DNA from: Neoechinorhynchus agilis
Lineage: Eukaryota > Animalia > Acanthocephala
Reading direction: 5' to 3'
Length of the DNA stretch: 64,000 nt
Assembly (NCBI GenBank): GCA_051530055.1
Contig: CM121343.1
Span: 3,194,389-3,258,388 of the forward strand
Shown: positions 37,381-50,200 of the stretch, one piece after another
Position numbering within the stretch: the stretch's first letter is position 1
Layout: each line of letters opens with the position of its first letter
Made by a program: the position numbers and the translations under genes
Notes under the pieces: model-generated
The model's database searches: none
Seen by the model: only the letters and a program-made list of their open reading frames with translations
Told to the model about the DNA's origin: nothing

Positions 37381-37516
37381 TGTAACAGCGTTGCTCAATT
37401 TTTAGTCATAATTCTGCTTTTGCTGGAAACTCACTTTGCGCTACACTCTTGAGGCAGGGGCACCGTCACGGTTTCCTATTTCAACGGAAATATCTACCCT
37501 CTCCATTCCAGAATCG

Positions 37517-39601
37517 ATGTCACGACAATCATTCTCTTCAGCGAGGTTTGACGCTGGTGGAATTCGAAATCAACGAAACAAGGCGATGAACGTGATGCGA
37601 TCTAGCCAGCTTCTTGCTGCTGCGATTCAACACAATGAAGATGAGTTCGATGGAATTCTAAGTTCTGTACAGTTAAAGCATATAAGGGAACATAAGTACA
37701 AATCTAGTGGAAGATCTGTGCTTGATTCTTCGTTTCAGCCATTCTGGAACTTCGTTGTAGAACTCATTCCACTCCACATCGCGCCTAATCTCCTTACAAT
37801 AATTGGTCTATTGGCCAATATAATTACCTCACTTGTTTTATTCTATCACTGTCCAACAGCTACTGAGCAGGTATTCTTTGTCTTTTTAATATTTTTAACT
37901 CTCATTTAATCCAACCTTTTTATGTAAGCCACCTCGGATACCTCTCCTCCTATGCACAATAAGCCTTTTTGTCTATCAAACACTTGATGCCATCGATGGT
38001 AAACAGGCTAGGCGTACCAACTCATCGAGTCCTCTTGGTGAATTATTTGATCATGGTTGCGATACTCTTTCCACAGTATTCCTAATCGGAAATTCATGTG
38101 TTTGCCTAAGAGTTGGATATTGGCCGTGGTTTATGATGTTTCTTTTCATGATGGTCCTTTCTGCCTTTTATATTGCTCACTGGCAGACTTATGTTACCGG
38201 AGAACTCAAATTCGGATACATCGACGTCACTGAGGCACAATGTACCGCAATGATTTTCCAATTGTTTTGTGCCTTTGTCGGTACTCAATGGCTCATCCCG
38301 GTCGATGATAAACAGGTTAGATACCATTTGCAAAAACATTGTACACTTTTGATGGACTAGTGCAGTACAAACTCCTTTCGGTGTTGACGACCCACATCAC
38401 GAATGCTCCCGCCATTGTGCTTGCAATGCTGATTGTTGTTGGTTGCAGTATCTCACTGGTCACAAACCTGTCGCATATACCCGATGGAGGAATCGGCGTC
38501 AATGGGTCGTCTGTCGCGGTTAGTGAATTTTTTATACAAATGAGAAACCGGGAAACAATGCCATGAAAACATTGAAGTTCTTTTAACGACAAACTATACA
38601 GATTTTTATTCAAGCGTGGTCGAGTCTTATTTGCATCTTTTTGTTTTAATAGAGGACGAAGCATTTTTTGCCGGATAATGTTTTCCTCCGAGATTTTGAT
38701 AAGTTCAATGTGATTTACGCCTTTTATGTTCCTTCTTTCGAAAATAATAATATAGAATTCTCACCATAAAAAATGACGAGAGTTTTCAAAATTCTAAAAC
38801 AAAATACGAGTTTGAAAACATTCGAAATTAGGTGAAGACTGTACAATATCATAAAATTTTAATTGTAGTCTTCAGCTCTTATTTTGAATGTAGTATTTTT
38901 AAAGCGTATAGGTCGTGTCGGTATACATTTAATTGCTTCCATTTTCGTTACTGAATGCAAGAATTTCTTCGCAAATCTCTTTGTCGTTATAAAAACTTCA
39001 AACTGGTGTTTATTTGTGGCACTTGTATCCTTCTCATAATGCTGTACGTGGATCTGACCCTCACTCTTGACAAAGGATTCCAGTATAGTTTTCCCAGGAT
39101 TTCAATTGATACTTGTAATTTTAAGCTCAATAGTGATCGCACGAAAATCTCCAAGTCGAATTTTTGAATCTCATCCAATTCTATATTTGTTTACATTTGG
39201 CCTAGTATGGTGCAAGTATACAAATCGATTGATTGTGAGTAAAGTTAAATCACGTTTTTATTCTCCCAACCGTCACACAGGTCGCAATAATGACACGAAG
39301 CAATGTTAGAATGTATGATACTACCTTAACAGGACCAATTACTTTACTTTTAAATCAGTATTTTAATTGTCTGGTTAACGAACGTATCCTACTACTCATT
39401 GCTTTGGTAAGTAATAAAAGATAAGTTGGATATCTCATTCGCTTGTAGTTTTATTGCTCATTTGATCTGATTCGTTACAATACTCGCGTATGCACGGAAA
39501 TAGCCAATTATCTTGGCATATACGTTTTCCGAATTGGCACTGCTGCGCGGCCAACAGAAGACAGTAACACCCGAAGAACTGTTCAAAATAAAAATAAATA
39601 A
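37517..39601 (+). CDS. CEPT1: Choline/ethanolamine phosphotransferase (CEPT1/CHPT1 family), 6 exons
   Basis: The CDP-alcohol phosphotransferase motif DGKQARRTNSSSPLGELFDHGCD is present, with HKYKSSG, APNLLT, AHWQTYVTG, DVTEAQ and FDLIRY. Introns are at 37871-37928, 38316-38365, 38519-39075, 39235-39280 and 39407-39448; ends in TAA at 39599-39601. Confidence 0.95.
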
Positions 39602-40654
39602 ACTTCCGAGCGGGAATAATTAATGCTCAATAAGACTGTCGTAGTTTTTAATGCCTTTCCAAAAACTTGCAACGCTATCTAAAATCAACCCGCTGTCAAT
39701 CCTTCCCATGGACTTTGAAGTGTCTTCTTTGACTCGTTTAATACGAAACCTTTTTTACCGAAATAGTTGAATATTTTTTGTTATCGAAAAATTCTATATT
39801 TCGTCAAAATCAGGAAAAAATCCAGCTATAAACATAAAGTTACATTTTATTTCCTTGAAGTCTTAAACTTAACCCATATATCAAGTTCATTTTCTTCAAA
39901 AAATGTTCTGTCAAGAGATAATCCATGTTTTTATTTCCATTTTCGGCCATTTCTTTGAACAATATTTATATTTTTGTCACCTATTATCTAGTGTGAATAC
40001 AAAAACTTTTCATGATTCACATGTAAATCAACTTACTAGATAATATGCCATGTCTTCTGAAAGTTACCAATATTTGTAAAGAGTAAACAAAGCTTTGTTT
40101 ATGTTTAAAAACTGATTCAAGTCGTTCACAAAAAAACATCGTGAAATAGCATATAATTACTTCTTTGATATGTGGTTTGTTGAATGAGTTGGCCACGATT
40201 TCCATATCGATAACGAACATTTTCCGTTGGATGCTTTTTCTTTTTGAACTGAAGGTTAAGTCTTTCAAACCAAATGAGATATACGATCGATTATAACAAT
40301 AAAATGGGGCGCGAGTCGTTGTGCCCAATTGATTAAGTCTTGAGTTATCCACTTTACTTTTTTTTCATGTTATATAGTCAAAAGCGCCTAAAATAATGCA
40401 TGACAGAAGATCGTTATAAACTAAAGACCAATTCGAAGCTTGTGGATGCGATTTATCGATGATGCTTTCATCATTATGGATTTTACAAGTACGATTGGAG
40501 AACGTCCGATTATGAGTGGTATAAGCACAACATTTTAATTATCCCGACGCGCTTCATCGTCCAAATGACTACCATTGAAATTGGCCCGGAGTGAGCAGGT
40601 ATTAAAGTTGCATCATTCCTTCTACCAATAAGATTCTCATGTTAAATTCCTTTA

Positions 40655-41530
40655 CTCTCTCTCCTCCCACTTTAAACTCTTCTTATACGCCGACTATATC
40701 ATCCTCATCAGCCCACCTCTCCTTAACCTCTGAAGAAATCATACACATAAAAGATTTATGAACCAGTCACAAACTCCATCTCAATTTCTCTAAATGCTTC
40801 GAAATGATCCCCTCTCTCCCACAACCCCACATTCTCCCCTGAGCTTCTAAATGACATCCTACGAGTAACCTCCCTAAGAATTCTGGGTCTCGAATTTCAA
40901 CTAAATTTGAAATGGGACTCGCATTTTACTCTTTCTCTCAAACGCAATACCTTTAACATGTATCTCCTCAAACGCATCCGACATTTAGGAATCCCTTCTC
41001 CCGATCTCTACAAATTTTACTTCGTTTTATTTTACCCTCCCTCACGATTATCTCGTCTTTTGCAACCTATCCAAATTTCAAATCCGCCGTCTTGAAATGC
41101 TTCACAAAAGAGCATCTAAAATTTATACAACTGACTTCCCCTCCCCACCGAATGCCTTTCATAAAACAATCAAAACGCCTCTCAACCCTACCACCCCAAT
41201 TTCGACAACATATCGCCTCCTTTTCACACGAGCGCAACACTCGTAATCCTAATTCGTTTCATGCTCAATCGACCTGGCACCTCCCTATACCTACGCTCCT
41301 TTTTCCATGCTGCCCAATCTTCTCGAATATCAGAACTTGAAATGAACCTGAGGAAAGACCAACCTACAAGCTCTCCTGCAAACAATAACCACCAATTCCC
41401 ACCCGAACGGACTTAACGAGATCTGATATTACCGACAGAACGGCATACAAAAAACCCAGAATATCTCTGTGTTTATGAGGACCCAAAGGTACATGGGCCC
41501 TCTTCTTTGTGAATCTACAAATAAAACGAG
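40655..41530 (+). mobile_element. L2-group LINE, 5'-truncated defective copy
   Basis: RT motif LYADY (dead YADD), then KWDSHF and LYLLKRIRHLGIP, followed by the 3' hairpin and ACAAATAAAAC. Near-identical to the inverted copy at 58480-59320. Confidence 0.85.
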
Positions 41531-41569
41531 TTATTACAACGCTCTTTTGAGCCTGAATACGAAGACGTT

Positions 41570-41890
41570 CAAATGCTGATGTGCTCGTGTCGTTTGGTAC
41601 CGCAGCGCGTAACCTGGTCAAGCAATTGTTCAAGAGACTTAGACGAATCACTCGCGATCCGAGATCAATAGCATTCCTCCTACAAAACATAAGTCTAACT
41701 AATCACCGGGGGAGTGCTACATCCGTCCTTTCGACCATTACACCAGGACGGCAGCTTGAGTGATCCAGCGCGGTGGTGAATGATTTCATGACCTCGCTAG
41801 CAGTACAACGGGGCAATGCTGCCAGCGTGATGGCGACGGTCGAGGAAGGGGAGAAGCTGGAATTCGGCGGGAGGTGGTGAGTGTGTTAAT
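41570..41890 (+). mobile_element. CRE-like 3' fragment with the hairpin cassette inserted
   Basis: Reads SFGTAARNLVKQLFKRLRRITRDPRSIAFLLQNISL, then the cassette (41717-41792), then SLAVQRGNAASVMATVEEGEKLEFGGRW. Confidence 0.8.
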
Positions 41891-42293
41891 TGTCGAGAAA
41901 TGAAGATTGATTGAATACATTTATCGTTATTGATATACTAGATCTATAGTGAAACCGGCATAGCAATTAATATTACACAGCGTTCATTAAGTAGTTTCTT
42001 CGTAACCCCTATTAGATCGTCGTTTAAAATTTAAAAAAATCCTTTTACGGCAGTGCATATTAATTTCAGTTATTTGTTTTTAAATTTTATAATTAATTAG
42101 CTACGCGCGTTTTCTACTCAAATTAGACAATTGTTGCCTGGGCAACACAAGTTTTTAATTATAATTTATAATTGAGTTGCATTTTATTTGTGAGAGCAGT
42201 GTGACCATAATACCGGTGTGGAATTTGCATAAGGAAAAGGTTTGTAATCTAATTTTTTTAAATTTATCCTTTATGCTCTGCTGGAGAAGGTAA

Positions 42294-43410
42294 AATGTAT
42301 GACAACCGTCAAGATTTACAACAGTTGGTTAACAACCTACAAGCCTCAATGCTTGGATCACAAGTCTCTTGCCGAAAGTTCAACAGGAAGAAATTTATCT
42401 CAGATGCTCTAAGAGAGCCGCCATATAATCTAGAGATTGTGAAGTATCTGTCTCAGGTAATTTCTTAAACTCGTAAATGTATCCATCACGTTATTGCTGT
42501 TGAAATTTATTCTTTCCACTATTCTTTGGACTCGATTTTAAACCAACACATTGGTAGAAACATACTTGTTGCTATGAAGAGATTATCTAAACTAGATCGA
42601 AAATTTGACCAACTATTTCGTTAATGATCGCCTAATATGAGTCTTGTCTTTTATGGGTTCTTTATACACTTGATTGTTGCCAATTTTCAGACACGATTAA
42701 GTTTTTTCTTGTGACCTCTTTAATATGGGAATCATCATCGATAAGTTCAATTCCTCATTAAACTTCTCTTTCAAAGATGGATGAGATCATTGAAGATGTG
42801 GACTGTCATGAACTGCGTCCGCTGAGATTACCTTTGTTAAAAAAAATTAGATTTCTAGAAAATAGCGAAAATCAAGGAATTTGTGCATATAGTCATGTAA
42901 GTATTTGTTGCTTGGAATTTTGCTCTCCCAATATTAATAAATTTCAAGGCAATCAAGCAGTTAGAGATGAAAAACTGGATTGTTAAAAGGCGAGAGGGTT
43001 GGAATAATCTTTTTCACAAGTTTAGGGAAATCCCACTACTTCGTAAAATCGAATCTCAGAAAGCGGAAGTGACCTGTGTGGATGACATTATCGATAACGT
43101 AAATGAAGCAATACAGGAAATGTCAATTTATGTTAGAACTGCAAAGGAAATATATAAAAACAATTGCCAAGTGTGAGCATTTATCTGCTTTCTGCCTTGA
43201 TCGCTGGATCGGCACTGGAATACACCTAAAAATAAACTGTCGCCATCTCTTAGATTTAAACATTTCAAGTATAGACCACCAGCAGGAACGGAATTTATTG
43301 TCGAGCATGAATATTTGATCCCAGTTCCATCTTATAATCCAAGTTGGCAATCCTTGTTACATATAAAGATTGTACCTAAGCCTCGCGATGACACGACTGA
43401 AAAATATCTT
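42294..43410 (+). CDS. Putative small-exon coding region, possibly the 5' part of the repeat-protein gene
   Basis: Short open frames with protein-like composition (MYDNRQDLQQLVNNLQ...; MDEIIEDVDCHE...; LKNWIVKRREGW...; ...KIVPKPRDDTTEKYL followed by a gtaagt donor). I could not build a complete model and recognise no family. Confidence 0.4.
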
Positions 43411-44272
43411 GTAAGTTCATTTTATGGCAGGGAAGTTTATTCCCGCTGAAATCCTTAGACCCAAAGAATGGGCAATTCAGAATTGTTTAAATCAATTTGT
43501 GATTCAATGACTGTTCTGTATGACTTTAAAGACCGAATATGGACATTGGCCCAATCAAAGAATCCGTTTAAAGTTAAGATCTTTTTGTCTATCTCGCTCC
43601 GATTAACTTACAACGAAAATAGATGCACAAAAAATATACCAAGAGTACTTTAGAAAGATCTGTACATCGATTGAAACTCTTAAAGCTAAACCACGATAAA
43701 GGGTATACTATTTTGCTACATGATGGGCTTAAAAAATAATTCTAAAATGATCGTTCTTGAGCCGAGATACCACTTCGAGTCCATTTGAACAATTTAAGCC
43801 CTTAAACCCTGCATTGTTCAACCGAGGGTTATATTTAAATTCGCATAAAACTAATATTCTGGGATGTACAAAAGATAAACGCGACTTCATCCGTAGGATA
43901 AAAACATAGATTACAATTGATGATTTCGCAATTTAAAATTGTAGTGCGTGCAATCGAATTTCAAAGTCAAATTAAGGTTCTAAAGATTTTTTTTCGAGTA
44001 ACCCAAAAAATGGAAGCGAAAACTATGAATTGGTAGAAATGCAATATGTAGAAATTAAGTTTTTAAGCTGTATTTCAATAGATTAATTTACTTATTAACC
44101 TACTTTTCATGTTAGCTATTCTAAGAGATTAAAAAATTTAAACGGCCTTGCTTATATTAACAGGTTCACAGTTTGTTTTGATTTAAAGAAGTATCACAAG
44201 ACTAAGAAATCCAATGTTCGTCAAGTTACACCTGTCCGCTATGTCATACGAGGAGATTGGTTCGTTAAGCAA

Positions 44273-47200
44273 TTGTCCACCGATATTTTCAAAGAAAGTC
44301 CATTGCCACCTACTCCCGAGCCTTTAAAAAAAGTCAAGGACATGACTATAGATGAACAGACATCAATGAATGCCCGCACTCAAATAAAACAAATGGATTC
44401 AAATGTAAGAAATTCAAAGGTTTCCAAAGAAGTTAAGAATGGTCCAACAAAGGAATTGGATAATATTCGGAGGAAATTAAGAATTTCTGACATTTCTGGA
44501 AGATTGCAGATTTTTGAAAGGAAAACAAAACCCCAAGGAAAACACTTAAAGTCCAAGGAGAGAAATTCAAAATATTCTAATAACAATGCCCGAACTCAAA
44601 TAAAACAAATGGATTTAAATGTAATAAATTCAAAGGTTTCCAAAGAAGTTAAGAATGGTCCAACAAAGGAATTGGATAATATTCGGAGGAAATTAGGAAT
44701 TTCTGACATTTCGAGAAGATTGCAGATTTTCGAAAGGAAAACAAGACCCCAAGGAAAACACTTAAAGTTCAAGGAGAGAAATTCAAAGATTTTGACACAA
44801 TGAGCTCAAATTGAAATAAAACAAATGGATTTAAATGTAAGAAATTCAAAGGTTTCCAAAGAAGTTAAGAATGGTCCAACAAAGGAATTGGATAATATTC
44901 GGAGTAAATTAGGAATTTCTGACATTTCGAGAAGGTTGCAGATTTTTGAAAGGAAAACAAAACCCCAAGGCCAGCACTTAAAGTCCAAGGAGAGAAATTC
45001 AAAATATTCTAATAAGAATGCCCGCACTCAAATAAAACAAATGGATTTAAATGTAAGAAATTCAAAGGTTTCCAAAGAAGTTAAGAATGGTCCAACAAAG
45101 GAATTGATAATATTCGGAGGAAATCAAGAATTTCTGACATTTCGAGAAGATTGCAGATTTTTGAAAGGAAAACAAAACCTCAAGGCCAGCACTTAAAGTC
45201 CAAGGAGAGAAATTCAAATATTCTAATAACAATGCCTGCACTGAAATAAAAACAAATGGATTTAAATGTAAGAAATTCAAAGGTTTCCAAAGAAGTTAAG
45301 AATGGTCCAACAAAGGAATTGGATAATATTCGGAGGAAACCAAGAATTTCTTACATTTCGAGAAGGTTGCAGATTTTCGAAAGGAAAACAAAACCCCAAG
45401 GCCAGCACTTAAAGTCCAAGGAGACAAATTCAAAATATTCTAATAAGAATGCCCGCACTCAAATAAAACAAATGGATTTAAATGTAATAAATTCAAAGGT
45501 TTCCAAAGAAGTTAAGAATGGTCCAACAAAGGAATTGGATAATATTCGGAGGAAATTAAGAATTTCTGACATTTCGAGAAGATTGCAGATTTTTGAAAGG
45601 AGAACAAAACCCCAAGGAAAACACTTAAAGTCCAAGGAGAGAAATTCAAAATATTCTAATAACAATGCCCGCACTGAAATAAAACAAATGGATTTAAATG
45701 TAAGAAATTCAAAGGTTTCCAAAGAAGTTAAGAATGGTCCAACAAAGGAATTGGATAATATTCGGAGGAAATCAAGAATTTCTGACATTTCGAGAAGATT
45801 GCAGATTTTCGAAGGGAAAACAAAACCCCAAGGCCAGCACTTAAAGTCCAAGGAGAGAAATTCAAAATATTCTAATAACAATGCCCGCACTCAAATAAAA
45901 CAAATGGATTTAAATGTAATAAAATTCAAAGGTTTCCAAAGAAGTTAAGAATGGTCCAACAAAGGAATTGGATAATATTCGGAGGAAATTAAGAATTTCT
46001 GACATTTCGAGAAGATTGCAGATTTTTGAAAGGAAAACAAAAACCCCAAGGAAAAACACTTAAAGTCCAAGGAAGAGAAATTCAAAATATTCTAATAACA
46101 ATGCCCGCACTCAAATAAAACAAATGGATTTAAATGTAAGAAATTCAATGGTTTCCAAAGAAGTTAAGACTGGTCCAACAAAGGAATTGGATAATATTCG
46201 GAGGAAATTAGGAATTTCTGACATTTCGAGAAGATTGCAGATTTTTGAAAGGAAAACAAAACCCCAAGGAAAACACTTAAAGTTCAAGGAGAGAAATTCA
46301 AAATATTCTAATAACAATGCCCGCACTGAAATAAAACAAATGGATTTAAATGTAAGAAATTCAAAGGTTTCCAAAGAAGTTAAGAATGGTCCAACAAAGG
46401 AATTGGATAATATTCGGAGGAAATTAGGAATTGCTGACATTTCGAGAAGATTGCAGATTTTTGAAAGGAAAACAAAACCACAAGACCAGCACCTTAAGTT
46501 CAAGGAGAGAAATTCAAAATATTCTAATAAGAATGCCCGCACTCAAATAAACAAATGGATTTAAATGTAAGAAATTCAAAGGTTTCCAAAGAAGTTAAGA
46601 ATGGTCCAACAAAGGAATTGGATAATATTCGGAGGAAATTAGGAATTTCTGACATTTCGAGAAGATTGCAGATTTTTGAAAGGAGAACAAAACCCCAAGG
46701 AAAACACTTAAAGTCCAAGGAGAGAAATTCAAAATATTCTAATAACAATGCCCGCACTGAAATAAAACAAATGGATTTAAATGTAAGAAATTCAAAGGTT
46801 TCCAAAGAAGTTAAGAATGGTCCAACAAAGGAATTGGATAATATTCGGAGGAAATCAAGAATTTCTGACATTTCGAAAAGATTGCAGATTTTTGAAAGGA
46901 AAACAAAACCACAAGACCAGCACCTTAAGTTCAAGGAGAGAAATTCAAAATATTCTAATAAGAATGCCCGCACTCAAATAAAACAAATGGATTTAAATGT
47001 AAGAAATTCAAAGGTTTCCAAAGAAGTTAAGAATGGTCCAACAAAGGAATTGGATAATATTCGGAGGAAATTAGAATTTCTGACATTTCGAGAAGATTGC
47101 AGATTTTTGAAAGGAAAACAAAACCCCAAGGAAAACACTTAAAGTTCAAGGAGAGAAATTCAAAATATTCTAATAACAATGCCCGCACTGAAATAAAACA

Positions 47201-50200
47201 AATGGATTTAAATGTAAGAAATTCAAAGGTTTCCAAAGAAGTTAAGAATGGTCCAACAAAGGAATTGGATAATATTCGGAGTAAATTAGGAATTTCTGAC
47301 ATTTCGAGAAGGTTGCAGATTTTTGAAAGGAAAACAAAACCCCAAGGCCAGCACTTAAAGTCCAAGGAGAGAAATTCAAAATATTCTAATAAGAATGCCT
47401 GCACCCAAATAAAACAAATGGATTTAAATGTAAGAAATTCAAAGGTTTCCAAAGAAGTTAAGAAATGGTCCAACAAAGGAATTGGATAATATTCGAGGAA
47501 CAAGAATTTCTCATAGCTGAGAAGATTGCAGATTTTTGAAAGGAAAACAAAACCCCAAGGAAAACACTTAAAGTCCAAGGAGAGAAATTCAAAATATTCT
47601 AATAACAATGCCCGCACTCAAATAAAACAAATGGATTTAAATGTAAGAAATTCAAAGGTTTCCAAAGAAGTTAAGAATGGTCCAACAAAGGAATTGGATA
47701 ATATTCGGAGGAAATCAAGAATTTCTGACATTTCGAGAAGATTGCAGATTTTTGAAAGGAAAACAAAACCACAAGACCAGCACCTTAAGTTCAAGGAGAG
47801 AAATTCAAAATATTCTAATAAGAATGCCCGCACTCAAATAAAACAAATGGATTTAAATGTAAGAAATTCAAAGGTTTCCAAAGAAGTTAAGAATGGTCCA
47901 ACAAAGGAATTGGATAATATTCGGAGGAAATTAGGAATTTCTGACATTTCGAGAAGATTGCAGATTTTTGAAAGGAAAACAAAACCCCAAGGAAAACACT
48001 TAAAGTCCAAGGAGAGAAATTCAAAATATTCTAATAACAATGCCCGCACTCAAATAAAACAAATGGATTTAAATGTAATAAATTCAAAGGTTTCCAAAGA
48101 AGTTAAGAATGGTCCAACAAAGGAATTGGATAATATTCGGAGGAAATTAAGAATTTCTGACATTTCGAGAAGATTGCAGATTTTTGAAAGGAAAACAAAA
48201 CCCCAAGGCCAGCACTTAAAGTCCAAGGAGAGAAATTCAAAATATTCTAATAAGAATGCCCGCACTCAAATAAAACAAAATGGATTTAAATGTAAGAAAT
48301 TCAAAGGTTTCCAAAGAAGTTAAGAATGGTCCAACAAAGGAATTGGATAATATTCTGGAGGAAATTAGGAATTTCTGACATTTCGAGAAGATTGCAGATT
48401 TTTGAAAGGAAAACAAACCCCAAGGAAACACTTAAAGTCCAAGGAGAGAAATTCAAAATATTCTAATAACAATGCCCGCACTCAAATAAAACAAATGGAT
48501 TTAAATGTAATAAATTCAAAGGTTTCCAAAGAAGTTAAGAATGGTCCAACAAAGGAATTGGATAATATTCGGAGGAAATCAAGAATTTCTGACATTTCGA
48601 GAAGATTGCAGATTTTTGAAAGGAAAACAAAACCCCAAGGCCTACACTTAAAGTCCAAGGAGAGAAATTCAAAATATTCTAATAAGAATGCCCGCACTCA
48701 AATAAAACAAATGGATTTAAATGTAAGAAATTCAAAGGTTTCCAAAGAAGTTAAGAATGGTCCAACAAAGGAATTGGATAATATTCGGAGGAAATCAAGA
48801 ATTTCTGACATTTCTGGAAGATTGCAGATTTTTGAAAGGAAAACAAAACCTTGTACTACTGCCTTAAGTCCAAGGAGAGAAATTCAAAATATTCTAATAA
48901 CAATGCCCGCACTCAAATAAAACAAATGGATTTAAATGTAAGAAATTCAAAGGTTTCCAAAGAAGTTAAGAATGGTCCAACAAAGGAATTGGATAATATT
49001 CGGAGGAAATTAGGAATTTCTGACATTTCGAGTAGATTGCAGATTTTGGTAAGGAAAACAAAACCGCAAGGAAAACACTTAAAGTCCAAGGAGAGAAATT
49101 CAAAATATTCTAATAAGAATGCCCGCACTCAAATAAAACAAATGGATTTAAATGTAAGAAATTCAAAGATTTCCAAAGAAGTTAAGAATGGTCCAACAAA
49201 GGAATTGGATAATATTCGGAGGAAATCAAGAATTTCTGACATTTCTGGAAGATTGCAGATTTTTGAAAGGAAAACAAAACCCCATGGCCATCGCCTTAAG
49301 TCCAAGGAGAGAAATTCAAAATATTCTAATAACAATGCCCGCACTCAAATAAAACAAATGGATTTAAATGTAAGAAATTCAAAGGTTTCCAAAGAAGTTA
49401 AGAATGGTCCAACAAAGGAATTGGATAATATTCGGAGGAAATTAGGAATTTCTGACATTTCGAGAAGATTGCAGATTTTTGAAAGAAAACAAACCCCAAG
49501 GAAAACACTTAAAGTCCAAGGAGAAAATTCAAAATATTCTAATAAGAATGCCCGCACTCAAATAAAACAAATGGATTTAAATGTAAGAAATTCAAAGGTT
49601 TCCAAAGAAGTTAAGAATGGTCCAACAAAGGAATTGGATAATATTCGGAGGAAACCAAGAATTTCTGACATTTCGAGAAGGTTGCAGATTTTTGAAAGGA
49701 AAACAAAACCCCAAGGCCAGCACTTAAAGTCCAAGGAGAGAAATTCAAAATATTCTAATAAGAATGCCCGCACTCAAATAAAACAAATAGATTTAAAATT
49801 AGGAAATTCAAAGGTTTCCAAAGAAGTTAAGAATGGTCCAACAAAGGAATTGGATAATATTCGGAGGAAATCAAGAATTTCTGACATTTCGAGAAGATTG
49901 CAGATTTTTGAAAGGAAAACAAAACCCCATGGCCATCGCCTTAAGTCCAAGGAGAGAAATTCAAAATATTCTAATAACAATGCCCGCACTGAAATAAAAC
50001 AAATGGATTTAAATGTAAGAAATTCAAAGGTTTCCAAAGAAGTTAAGAATGGTCCAACAAAGGAATTGGATAATATTCGGAGGAAATTAGGAATTTCTGA
50101 CATTTCGAGAAGATTGCAGATTTTTGAAAGGAAAACAAAAACCCAAGGCCAACACTTAAAGTCCAAGGAGAGAGGTACAAAGTATTCTAATGATGGAACC

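Noticed and set aside
44380-50166. Chain of 71-aa hydrophobic ORFs on the minus strand of array C
   Set aside because: They are the codon-aligned antisense shadow of the + frame, start at GTG/TTG, and their stop is toggled by a Gln/Glu polymorphism on +. Only the + frame joins unique coding sequence.
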